IMG/VR virus record: IMGVR_UViG_3300031784_000002
Source of the DNA: a virus
Taxonomy: Duplodnaviria > Caudoviricetes
Strand: one strand, 5' to 3'
DNA: 64,000 bases
The notes below the pieces were generated by a model, which searched no databases, was not told the origin of the DNA, and saw only the letters and a program-made list of their open reading frames with translations. A program made the translations under genes and the position numbers. Numbering within the stretch: position 1 is the stretch's first letter; every line of letters starts with the position of its first letter. Shown one piece after another: positions 46,506-55,216 of this stretch.

Positions 46506-48575
46506 ATGTCTTACGCTACAAGGGCGCTTGCTGTAGCGTCTGCTCTTTTGATGGGAGCACCAACAGCATTCGCAGATACAATTTCTGGTACAGATTTTGA
46601 GACTGGAAATACTTCAGGATGGAATACTGGAACTCAAACGGGAACCTTAGATAGTACTATCACTGGAGGAGGAACTGGTGTTAGTGTTGTTGATAATCCA
46701 GTTATCTTCAATGCTGGTTCTTTTCCTGCAGTAGGGAGTCCAACGTTACAAGACGGTTCTCCTAACCCATACCATGCACCTGCAGTAACCCCAACCACTT
46801 GGGAGTTTGCTCCTTATGGAACTGCTGGTGCTGCACTACAACCGAACGGTCAACAAACATTTAACCAAGCAACAGAATCACTTGGTTTAACACCAGAACA
46901 AAATCAAGCAATAAGAGACCTTCTTACTCAACAACAACAAGCATCAGGTCTTGGAAATCCAAACCCCACTGATGCTTCTTGGATTACAAAATCAGTCACT
47001 TTGGAAACTGGAAAAGTTTATACGATGTCTTGGAATTATATTGGAACTGACTATGTTCCTTTCAATGATGGTTCTATTACTTCACTTGTTTATCAAGGTG
47101 CAGGTTCATCCCCGTCAGTAACAGTTAATAACCAACTTCAAAACTATGCATTGCTTGGATTTACTAATCCGGGAACAGGTGATTATTCAACAGGTTCTTT
47201 TGGTTCTACTGGATGGCAGTATTCAACTTATCAAGTAGGTGCTGATGGTGACTATCTCTTAGGATTTGCAGTGTTTAACCTTGGAGATACTGCACTATCA
47301 CCAGTTCTTTTAGTTGATAGTCAACCTGGAACTGCAACAGCAAATGGTCAATCATTTACTCCTGTTGCACCAAACAATCCAGATGCTCCCTCTGTTGATG
47401 AGGTAGCACCAACTCCAACTCCAACACCTGAACCGGAACCTACTCCAGAACCAGAACCTACACCAGAGCCAACTCCTGAACCTACTCCAGAACCAGAACC
47501 TACACCAGAGCCAACTCCTGAACCTACACCAGAGCCAACTCCTGAACCGCAACCACAACCACCAACACTATTAAACTCTGTGACTGTTCCCGCACCAGGA
47601 CTTCCAGTTGTTGTTACTACTGAGGTAACTCATAATGTATCTGAAGAGGATGGATCTCAAAAGATTAGAAGAGACTTTGCAACTACGACTCAAACTCCAT
47701 TATTGAAACAAGATACTTATAGTGATGGAACAGTTGTAACATCATTACTTCTTTCCGTTGATACTGAAAATACTAACGATGTCCTTTCTGGTCGTGTAGA
47801 TCAACACGAAGTTATGGATGCGATGGGTGAAGGATTGCAAGGTCTTCTGAATCACGAACCATCCGAACCAACCACTGATAGAGTCCGAGTATTCAGTAAG
47901 AACTATTATGCGTGGTCTTCTGCGGATAACGGATACTCTGCTAAGTCATTCATCTATGGTGGTGGTATTGAGATTGATATTAAACCAACCTGGACGATTG
48001 GTGCTCAATATAATAATGTAAATGTAAACTTGGATGGTGTCGATAGTACTTCTAAACTGAATAAAAGTCATATTGGAGTTTTTAATATGCTTCGTGGAAA
48101 TACATTTTCACTCTTAACTAATGCTGCGATTGTTCGGAATAAATATAATGTTTCCAGAACTGTTCAGGGTGTCTTTAATAACGAAAGTTCCACAACAGGA
48201 CAAGAGTGGTGGGTGAATAACAGACTCTTCTGGCACGCACATAAGAATATCACTCCATTTGTAGGTCACACTACTAGAAACTATGGTAGAGACGCTTTCA
48301 TTGAGAGTGGATCTATTCAGTCTACAAGAAGTGTTGATGCGATAAATGAAACTTATCATACTGGTGAAATTGGACTTGTTCTTTCTCATCGTTTCGGTGG
48401 TAAGAAACAGGATCTTTTTGGAGTCAGTGTAGAAGGTTCTTATGCGACTGATAACTCTGTTGAGGTTGCTGCTTCTGTTGACTATAAGGAAATGGTATTC
48501 ATCGAAGGAGTTCATCAGATTGCCAATGGTGCTTCCAATACATCCGTTGCTGCAAAGTTCAAATTTAGGTTCTAA
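46506..48575 (+). CDS. Autotransporter-like outer-membrane protein (signal peptide, passenger, PEPT linker, beta-barrel)
   Basis: Sec signal ending in AFA, a beta-rich passenger, a (PEPT)n linker, amphipathic strands and a terminal KFKFRF (aromatic C-terminus typical of BAM substrates). Confidence 0.7.
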   Translation: MSYATRALAVASALLMGAPTAFADTISGTDFETGNTSGWNTGTQTGTLDSTITGGGTGVSVVDNPVIFNAGSFPAVGSPTLQDGSPNPYHAPAVTPTTWEFAPYGTAGAALQPNGQQTFNQATESLGLTPEQNQAIRDLLTQQQQASGLGNPNPTDASWITKSVTLETGKVYTMSWNYIGTDYVPFNDGSITSLVYQGAGSSPSVTVNNQLQNYALLGFTNPGTGDYSTGSFGSTGWQYSTYQVGADGDYLLGFAVFNLGDTALSPVLLVDSQPGTATANGQSFTPVAPNNPDAPSVDEVAPTPTPTPEPEPTPEPEPTPEPTPEPTPEPEPTPEPTPEPTPEPTPEPQPQPPTLLNSVTVPAPGLPVVVTTEVTHNVSEEDGSQKIRRDFATTTQTPLLKQDTYSDGTVVTSLLLSVDTENTNDVLSGRVDQHEVMDAMGEGLQGLLNHEPSEPTTDRVRVFSKNYYAWSSADNGYSAKSFIYGGGIEIDIKPTWTIGAQYNNVNVNLDGVDSTSKLNKSHIGVFNMLRGNTFSLLTNAAIVRNKYNVSRTVQGVFNNESSTTGQEWWVNNRLFWHAHKNITPFVGHTTRNYGRDAFIESGSIQSTRSVDAINETYHTGEIGLVLSHRFGGKKQDLFGVSVEGSYATDNSVEVAASVDYKEMVFIEGVHQIANGASNTSVAAKFKFRF
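47410..47565 (+). repeat. Pro/Glu/Thr coding tandem repeat
   Basis: Recurring cctactccagaaccagaa, cctacaccagag and ccaactcctgaa units. Confidence 0.85.
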
Positions 48576-48609
48576 TTTATAAATAAAAAGGACATCATCA
48601 CACGGACTG

Positions 48610-48954
48610 ATGACTAACAAGAAAAACGAAAATGCTATGGGACAACTAATTCGTATATGTATTTTGGGTTGGTCTGCTGCTCTCCTTACTGCAAGTTATG
48701 CGGGTACTCTGTCTAAGATGGACCCCACATTTATTGCAACAGTCTTCACTGCATCTGCTGCCACTTTTGGCATCAATACAATGAAAAAAGGTGGTGATGA
48801 GGAAGATGAAAAGAAGGAAGAACCAAAAAGAGAAGAGTTTGTAGAAACTCCTCCTGAACCACCTGCAACAGAACTTTCTGTTGCAGAACCAACTCTTGAA
48901 GAAAGAGTTGAGGCACTTGAAGAGGGTCAAGTCACACCTCGCACAGGAGCATGA
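48610..48954 (+). CDS. Two-TM membrane protein with an acidic tail
   Basis: ICILGWSAALLTASY and FIATVFTASAATFGI helices. TATAAATA at 48578. Confidence 0.7.
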   Translation: MTNKKNENAMGQLIRICILGWSAALLTASYAGTLSKMDPTFIATVFTASAATFGINTMKKGGDEEDEKKEEPKREEFVETPPEPPATELSVAEPTLEERVEALEEGQVTPRTGA

Positions 48955-49070
48955 TGTCCAAGTCTGCAAACAAGGGTAAGAAAGGTTCCTCTGGAAGTCA
49001 AAAAAATTCTAAACAGAATCAGGGCAACGCCACCGCTAAAAAAGCGAAGAATGGTGGCAAAAAGAAATGA
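48954..49070 (+). CDS. 38-aa Lys/Gly/Ser/Asn-rich peptide
   Basis: Manual translation MSKSANKGKKGSSGSQKNSKQNQGNATAKKAKNGGKKK, with an AGGAG SD. Confidence 0.55.
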   Translation: MSKSANKGKKGSSGSQKNSKQNQGNATAKKAKNGGKKK

Positions 49071-49246
49071 TTGAATTTATTGCTTTTATGATTGTTGGTT
49101 ATATCGAGATCAGTCCCGGTCAATGCCAATTGGAATATTTTCGTTATGATGATATACACTCACTTATAATACCGTGCCAAGAGAATGGAACACCCCTAAA
49201 AGGGAGTGTTGGAATGCTCCAATCCATCAAATACTCAAAGCCATAG
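49067..49246 (+). CDS. Small hypothetical protein (59 aa)
   Basis: Manual translation. ATGA overlap upstream, but it overlaps the next ORF by 73 nt. Confidence 0.35.
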   Translation: MIEFIAFMIVGYIEISPGQCQLEYFRYDDIHSLIIPCQENGTPLKGSVGMLQSIKYSKP

Positions 49247-49374
49247 ATAATCACACCCGACTCTGGATGGAGACGGGTGATTTTTGGCATGAGGAGCAAG
49301 CTCAAATATTACGAAATTATGTCAAAAATTTGAAAGTCTGGATACATAAAGAAGAAGGATGGTGGGATGAATGA
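49174..49374 (+). CDS. Small conserved hypothetical protein
   Basis: MPREWNTPKRECWNAPIHQILKAIDNH... (66 aa, GTG start). Confidence 0.6.
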   Translation: MPREWNTPKRECWNAPIHQILKAIDNHTRLWMETGDFWHEEQAQILRNYVKNLKVWIHKEEGWWDE

Positions 49375-50117
49375 AAAAACTCCTAATGTCAATTAGTTTA
49401 TCAATGTCTTTAGTACTTCCAGTAAGTGCGAATACATTAGTCAAGAAACAACCAACCGTAAAGGCGAATAGTCTTGCGGCGATGGGATGTATGATCCTTT
49501 TGGAATGTACTGAAGGTGTAGAACAACTCACTCCACAATCAAAAATCCTAGAAAATAAAGACTTTGACCCATTCAGAGAAGAGATCAAAGCAATTCTGAC
49601 TGCGCTAGATAAAGTGAATGTCCCTGTGTATGTTGGACCATCACGTTACTTCACTCCAAGAACTGTAGGACTATACAAACCAGAATATAATAGGTTCTTT
49701 GTGAATGAAGATCTTGCTAAAGATCCTAGAGAGTTTCTTGGAACGATGAGACATGAAGGATGGCATGTCGTTCAAGATTGTATGGGCGGTGGGATCAAAA
49801 CATCTTTCATGGCACAGGTTCATCAGGATAGTGAGATCCCTGCTTGGTTGATGAAGATGACAAGAGCTTCATATGAGAGCATGGGAATGTCCCGTGCTGT
49901 GCCCTGGGAAGCAGATGCTAACTGGGCAGAAGAACAATCAAACACTACAGTCAAGCACCTAGAGATGTGTGCTAATGGTCCTCTATGGGAACAGGTGAGA
50001 CCTACACCTATGACGATGGAATGGTTGATTGGTTGTGGATGGATGAAACCACAGGAAGGTCTGTATCCATACTATCCAAACAAGAAATCAGAGTATTGTA
50101 CAGAGGGTAAGTATTGA
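49371..50117 (+). CDS. Secreted zincin-like metallopeptidase
   Basis: Signal peptide, MRHEGWHVVQDC (HExxH) and a downstream WEADA glutamate. Confidence 0.7.
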   Translation: MKKLLMSISLSMSLVLPVSANTLVKKQPTVKANSLAAMGCMILLECTEGVEQLTPQSKILENKDFDPFREEIKAILTALDKVNVPVYVGPSRYFTPRTVGLYKPEYNRFFVNEDLAKDPREFLGTMRHEGWHVVQDCMGGGIKTSFMAQVHQDSEIPAWLMKMTRASYESMGMSRAVPWEADANWAEEQSNTTVKHLEMCANGPLWEQVRPTPMTMEWLIGCGWMKPQEGLYPYYPNKKSEYCTEGKY

Positions 50118-50633
50118 TTACCTTTTCCATTCTGCATAAATTCTGTTATTTGTATCAATCTTTGTTTCTATACACTCAAATCCAAAATGTTTAGATAGTT
50201 CATAATGATCTTCAACATTCCAAGGATAAAAAGTTATTTTTCTACAATCTTCGTTTTGGTGATCAAATAATCCTGGATTACATCTCCAATAAATCCTTGA
50301 ACTTGAATTTAATAGGTTTACAATAAGTTGAATTTGAGTTATAATTTTAGTCTTATCGCCAAAATTAATACTCCCAAGACAAAAGGCAACATCAAATTTT
50401 TGATTGGTTTCAAATTTTTCTAGGGACACTTTAAAATCAGCCTCATTAAATGCTGGATCTATTCCAATTAAATTTTTAATTTTACCTTTAAATGGATTTG
50501 GACCACAACCAACATCCAATACCCATTCATTATCAAAAACATTATTCACTAAATTCCAACCAGAATATAGATACTGATCTAAATTGCTAGTCCATTTGGT
50601 TGCAAAGTATTCATTCAATTGTTCTTGATTCAT
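50118..50633 (-). CDS. Class I SAM-dependent methyltransferase-like protein
   Basis: VLDVGCG motif I, GIDP and FDVAFCLGSINF. Confidence 0.8.
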   Translation of the reverse strand: MNQEQLNEYFATKWTSNLDQYLYSGWNLVNNVFDNEWVLDVGCGPNPFKGKIKNLIGIDPAFNEADFKVSLEKFETNQKFDVAFCLGSINFGDKTKIITQIQLIVNLLNSSSRIYWRCNPGLFDHQNEDCRKITFYPWNVEDHYELSKHFGFECIETKIDTNNRIYAEWKR

Positions 50634-50664
50634 TTAGATTGTCCAAAATACTATTTTATATGTT

Positions 50665-51387
50665 ATGAATTATCTAGATAAAGTATATAATTTGGATTGG
50701 AAAAAATATAACGATCTTGTTTATAACTCAATATCTTTTAAATATTTTCCAAAAGAAGAATTTGAAATTGAGACTATAACACCTGTAGATATTCTTTATG
50801 AATTGGAAGAAGAAAAAATAATTTATATACCAATTTCAAAAAATGCTTCTACATCAATTACAAATTCTTTAAACTTTAGACCAGTAACTACTTTTGTGCC
50901 CCCAAATTCTAAATTTTATCTAGATTATATAGATATCCCCGAAAAGTATAGAAGTGGTTATAAGTTTTTAGTCATTACTAGAGATCCGCAAAAAAGGTGG
51001 ATTTCTGGAATAAATGAATTTTTGAATGAAAGGCCAGATTTTGATGAGGATGATATAAAATCCTATGATAAATTTATCATAGAACTAAAAAATAATAAAT
51101 TTATATTTGACTGCCATACTAGACCGCAATTTTCATGGATAGATTTTTGTTTTAGATATGATCTTGATATAACTTTTTTAAAACTTGATGAAAATTTGAA
51201 TGAAAAAATATCAAACATATTGGGAAGACAAGTCACAATAAATCACTATAATCCTATTCAAAAGTATGAATCAAAAATAAAAAATTATAAATTTTGTTAT
51301 GATATTTTAACTAAGTATTGTATGAAAAATAAAAATTTTTTAAATTTACATGAGATGGATTTTTATCTCTATAATAATTCTCTTTAA
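50665..51387 (+). CDS. Sulfotransferase family 2-like protein
   Basis: YIPISKNASTSI (5'-PSB-like), RDPQKRWISG (3'-PB-like) and HTRPQ motifs. Confidence 0.75.
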   Translation: MNYLDKVYNLDWKKYNDLVYNSISFKYFPKEEFEIETITPVDILYELEEEKIIYIPISKNASTSITNSLNFRPVTTFVPPNSKFYLDYIDIPEKYRSGYKFLVITRDPQKRWISGINEFLNERPDFDEDDIKSYDKFIIELKNNKFIFDCHTRPQFSWIDFCFRYDLDITFLKLDENLNEKISNILGRQVTINHYNPIQKYESKIKNYKFCYDILTKYCMKNKNFLNLHEMDFYLYNNSL

Positions 51388-51392
51388 TAATT

Positions 51393-51968
51393 GTGTATTT
51401 ACCTAATAGAATATTTTTTACTGGAGTTCCTGGATCCCGTTGGAGTGGTATCGCACAGACGTTAGAAACGATGTCTGGTATGAATACCTCTGACCGCACA
51501 CCTGAGCGTGAATACGTTCATCATAGTTATACTGGACACAGAGGAGCGTATTTTGGACCTGGTATGGAGTTTGAACCAATTCTTGATCCAGATTATATTG
51601 ATCAGGCATGGATTGAACCTCAGGGATGCAAACTTATTAAAAGTCATGAATGGTCTTATTATCTAGATCAAATACAAAAGAAGTTTCCTAATGATCGGAT
51701 ATTAATGGTATATCGTCCAGATATGGTTAGTTATGCTTGGTGGCATGAAGCTGGAGGATTTCAAATTCAATATCCAAATTATAGTGCATATAAAAACAGT
51801 GGCACAATGTTAAGTGAGATCATGAAACAAAATTCTTGTATGTTAGAATTTGGGATGTTAAATAAATGTAAGTGGGAATACTTTACATCTGAATGGATAT
51901 ACAATAATTTTGGACAAAGTATTGTAGTTAATAAAACATTTTCGGACATCTTGGTTACATTGATATGA
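51393..51968 (+). CDS. P-loop/sulfotransferase-like hypothetical protein
   Basis: IFFTGVPGSRWS loop, KLIKSH and LMVYR. Confidence 0.6.
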   Translation: MYLPNRIFFTGVPGSRWSGIAQTLETMSGMNTSDRTPEREYVHHSYTGHRGAYFGPGMEFEPILDPDYIDQAWIEPQGCKLIKSHEWSYYLDQIQKKFPNDRILMVYRPDMVSYAWWHEAGGFQIQYPNYSAYKNSGTMLSEIMKQNSCMLEFGMLNKCKWEYFTSEWIYNNFGQSIVVNKTFSDILVTLI

Positions 51969-52927
51969 CTAATAACAATATTTTAATTGGACATTTGGGT
52001 TGGGATGGATGTCATTTTTTGGGAGCTTGTCTCACTATGAGTGACAAAGTGTATTTTAATAATTGTACTCTTCGCGGCAAAGTGGAGTATTATCATAAAA
52101 ATATGTCTGACATTAGTTGGGTAAACGGTGAACCCATCTGGTCAGATGTTTTTATGTTTTATGGTACTTCCTATGAGACAGATGGACATATTCATTATCG
52201 ACATGCATGGTGTAATGATCCCAATCATCACCCTGAACAGTTTTCATCGGATTATGGATTAAAACAAAAAATTAGAATATCTAGATTACACGTACCCGTA
52301 TATTATCCATTAAAAGAAATGTTGGAAAAAAATATTTCACATCCAATGATGGACATGTTTAAGTGCAAATATTTTATTTGTTTAATGAATACAAGTCTTT
52401 TTTGTACACTAAGATCTATAAAAGTTGAACATGATGATAACGTTGGTGTTAGTTGGGATAATGGACATGCTCCAATTCCAGATATGAAATGGTTTTCTGG
52501 GCCATTAACAGAAATAGATAAGTTAACAAATTCGTTAACTGTTAGTGGATTTCAAAAATTATCAGAAGAATCACAAAAAAGAATTAAAGATCATCACAAT
52601 AAAAACTTAGATCATTTGTTTAATCTAACTAAATTAAACAAATCGGATAATGATTTATTAAAGACAATGATTACACATCAGTGGGATTGTAATTGGTTCT
52701 TAAATGAAGATGAAACTATTAACGGTCTTAAAGTTTTATATTCTGAGATGAAATTAGGCAAATTAAATGAAAATTTAATACGTAAAATGTATAGAATTTG
52801 GATTAACAAAATAGATTTCATTAAAAATTGGTATGTATTGAATGGATTTTCTAATGATGATGTGGAAGTAGTAAAAGTTAAATCTACAGATATGACTCCA
52901 ATAAACCAGGAAATGTTTATGAAATAA
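51965..52927 (+). CDS. Hypothetical protein, possibly sulfotransferase-like
   Basis: N-terminal ILIGHLGWDGCHFL loop; otherwise unassigned. Confidence 0.5.
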   Translation: MTNNNILIGHLGWDGCHFLGACLTMSDKVYFNNCTLRGKVEYYHKNMSDISWVNGEPIWSDVFMFYGTSYETDGHIHYRHAWCNDPNHHPEQFSSDYGLKQKIRISRLHVPVYYPLKEMLEKNISHPMMDMFKCKYFICLMNTSLFCTLRSIKVEHDDNVGVSWDNGHAPIPDMKWFSGPLTEIDKLTNSLTVSGFQKLSEESQKRIKDHHNKNLDHLFNLTKLNKSDNDLLKTMITHQWDCNWFLNEDETINGLKVLYSEMKLGKLNENLIRKMYRIWINKIDFIKNWYVLNGFSNDDVEVVKVKSTDMTPINQEMFMK

Positions 52928-52976
52928 AAATATTATAGTTTTTACAAAAAGAGTTTAAGTCTTTGTAAATACCAAA

Positions 52977-52984
52977 TATAAATA
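52977..52984 (+). promoter_or_regulatory. Late promoter TATAAATA
   Basis: Exact T4 late consensus, 16 nt before the ATG at 53001. Confidence 0.7.
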
Positions 52985-53000
52985 ATTGCAAGTATATAAC

Positions 53001-53675
53001 ATGAATAAAATGTTAACAGGAAAAGAATTCGTAAATAAAATTAAAAAAGATAACGCTGAACTTTTTGAACAATCTCGTTTGAATGTTCGTCGTTTCTTTG
53101 ATTCAAATCCAAGTAAAGAACATATGGTCAATCATTTCCGTGGTCGTATGGTAAACGAAGCAATGAACATGAAGGCAATCGCTGCTGAGGTTGCTTCTGC
53201 TCCTGCATCTATGGATGTTACCGAACTTGAATTATTAACAAAACAAGCACAAGATGAAGCAAAACACTTCCGTATGGTTAAGGAAGTAATTGAACATATC
53301 TCTGGTGAGAAGGTAGATGTTGATGCTGCTTTCGCTGCAGAAGCTGCATCGCCCCAGGCTAAGGGTGCCACTCTCCTAGATAAGTATGAAGCATCATCTG
53401 ACCCCGCTGCTCTTGCTGCATACCAACTCGTCGCTGAGGGTCGTGCAGAGGCAGTATGGAACGAAATGGCTGAGTGTGTAGAAGATGAGTTTATTTCTTC
53501 TCGTTACGCTGCTATTGCTAAAGACGAAGGTTTCCATGCCAACATTGGTGGTTGGAAACTTGAAAAACTTGTAGAAGGTGCTGCAGAAGTTCAAGAACGT
53601 ATTTTAGAAATGGTAGATCAAATGCGTGTTGATCTTCTTGAAATTAGCAATAAAAATACTGCCATTGCTGTCTGA
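53001..53675 (+). CDS. Ferritin-like diiron-carboxylate protein
   Basis: Ligand pattern E (VNE), DEAKH, E (AEG), DEGFH on a four-helix bundle. Confidence 0.85.
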   Translation: MNKMLTGKEFVNKIKKDNAELFEQSRLNVRRFFDSNPSKEHMVNHFRGRMVNEAMNMKAIAAEVASAPASMDVTELELLTKQAQDEAKHFRMVKEVIEHISGEKVDVDAAFAAEAASPQAKGATLLDKYEASSDPAALAAYQLVAEGRAEAVWNEMAECVEDEFISSRYAAIAKDEGFHANIGGWKLEKLVEGAAEVQERILEMVDQMRVDLLEISNKNTAIAV

Positions 53676-53691
53676 TAATTAATAATATATT

Positions 53692-53946
53692 ATGAGTACT
53701 CTTGAAACAAGGCGCCGCAAAGATAAAACTCGTGTAATCAAATGGGTTAGTGCTTGTACAATACTCATCGCAATGGTGTTTCATGTACTGGGACTAACCC
53801 CTTGGAATAGCATCCTACAACTAATCGGAGCATCTGGTTGGACTTATGTGGGATTTAAGTGGAAAGAACGTTCAATTATAATGAACTTCCTTCCACAATT
53901 TTTTATTATCATACCAGGATTAATTTATTTGTTATTTCTAAAATGA
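53692..53946 (+). CDS. Small multi-TM membrane protein
   Basis: Three hydrophobic segments in 84 aa. Confidence 0.65.
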   Translation: MSTLETRRRKDKTRVIKWVSACTILIAMVFHVLGLTPWNSILQLIGASGWTYVGFKWKERSIIMNFLPQFFIIIPGLIYLLFLK

Positions 53947-54563
53947 AAAAAATGGTAATTCTTACTGGACCACAAGGGTCTGGTAATCATCTTTGGTCTA
54001 AAATATTTTCACTTCATCCTGAAGTATTCGGGTGGAAGACTTTACTTGAAAACTATTGGGAAGCACATAGATTTGCTGAACCATTTTGTGAGTATTGGAA
54101 AGATCCTTCAAGACTCAAAGATTTTGATTGGTCTACTCACGACTATTTTTTTACAAGTATTAGTGTTCCTCTCGGTATCCAAGAGAAAAAGTGGGAACCA
54201 AATATTATGTTATTTGCCAATGAAGTCAAAAAACTTGGCATCGAAGCTCAAATATTGGTAATTGGTAGAGATCAAAACATTCTTAGACATCAGCAAAATC
54301 GTCTTAGAAAAGAAAATACCTTGACTCTGTTCATGAATCAACTGCCTACATTTACTAATCCAATCTTCTTAAGTTATGAATTGTTATATCTTTATAAACA
54401 AGAGTATTTAAAAAGTTTAGATCTCAACATTCCAATTGCTTGGGATGATTCTAGGGTAGATAAAATTTTGTCCAATGACCCTAATGATAAATACGTCCAT
54501 CATGTGGAAGAATATTTCTTAGATAATTGCAACAAAACTGGCATACCTCTTAAGTCATTATGA
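53943..54563 (+). CDS. P-loop (sulfotransferase/kinase-like) protein, paralogue 1
   Basis: MVILTGPQGSGNHLWSKIF and IGRDQNIL. Confidence 0.65.
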   Translation: MKKMVILTGPQGSGNHLWSKIFSLHPEVFGWKTLLENYWEAHRFAEPFCEYWKDPSRLKDFDWSTHDYFFTSISVPLGIQEKKWEPNIMLFANEVKKLGIEAQILVIGRDQNILRHQQNRLRKENTLTLFMNQLPTFTNPIFLSYELLYLYKQEYLKSLDLNIPIAWDDSRVDKILSNDPNDKYVHHVEEYFLDNCNKTGIPLKSL

Positions 54564-55216
54564 AGAAACTAGTAATTATTACAGGTCCACAAGGATCTGG
54601 TAATCATTTTTTTAGTAGAGTTTTTAGTACTCACCCCAAAGTGGGTGGATGGAAATCTCTTTTAGATAAGTATTGGGTTCCAAGTGATGAAGAATATTTT
54701 GCTAAGTATTGGGTAAATCCGGAGGAACTATCGGAGAATGATTTTAGGGGATATGACTATTGGTTGGCAAATGTAAGTTGCCCATTTTATTATGATGGAG
54801 TAAGATATATTCCAAAGGTTCGAGAATTTGCAGAAAAAGCCCAGTCTTTAGGAATTGATGTTCAAATTTGTATAATTGTACGAGACCAAAACATCAATTC
54901 AGAACAACAAAAAAGAGTACGTGGTGAGGTAACTTTGCCAATCGCAATGCATTACTATCAAAATAACATAATTGGAAAAAATTTTAAAGTTCATTTTTTA
55001 GATAATGAAGCATTTTTCCTTCACAAACAATATTATTTAAAGTGGATAAGTGAACTACTAGATTTTCCCATTGACTATAATAATCCCGATATTTTCAAAT
55101 TCATTACTGAAGATCCCAATAAAAAATATATTAAATATGTTAGTGAACATTGGTTAGATAAATCAGTATGGGATGGCATTAAGCCAAAAACAGATAGAAA
55201 CATCAAAATGGTATGA
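54560..55216 (+). CDS. P-loop (sulfotransferase/kinase-like) protein, paralogue 2
   Basis: LVIITGPQGSGNHFFSRVF and IVRDQNIN; alignable to paralogue 1 by eye. Confidence 0.65.
   Translation: MKKLVIITGPQGSGNHFFSRVFSTHPKVGGWKSLLDKYWVPSDEEYFAKYWVNPEELSENDFRGYDYWLANVSCPFYYDGVRYIPKVREFAEKAQSLGIDVQICIIVRDQNINSEQQKRVRGEVTLPIAMHYYQNNIIGKNFKVHFLDNEAFFLHKQYYLKWISELLDFPIDYNNPDIFKFITEDPNKKYIKYVSEHWLDKSVWDGIKPKTDRNIKMV

Noticed and set aside
47410-47565. PEPT repeats considered as a PEP-CTERM sorting signal
   Set aside because: The repeat is internal and is not followed by a terminal TM helix and basic tail; it is a proline-rich linker.
53001-53675. Calling the ferritin-like protein aldehyde-deformylating oxygenase or ferritin
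   Set aside because: Only the generic diiron ligand pattern is visible; a subfamily cannot be assigned without a profile or structure search.
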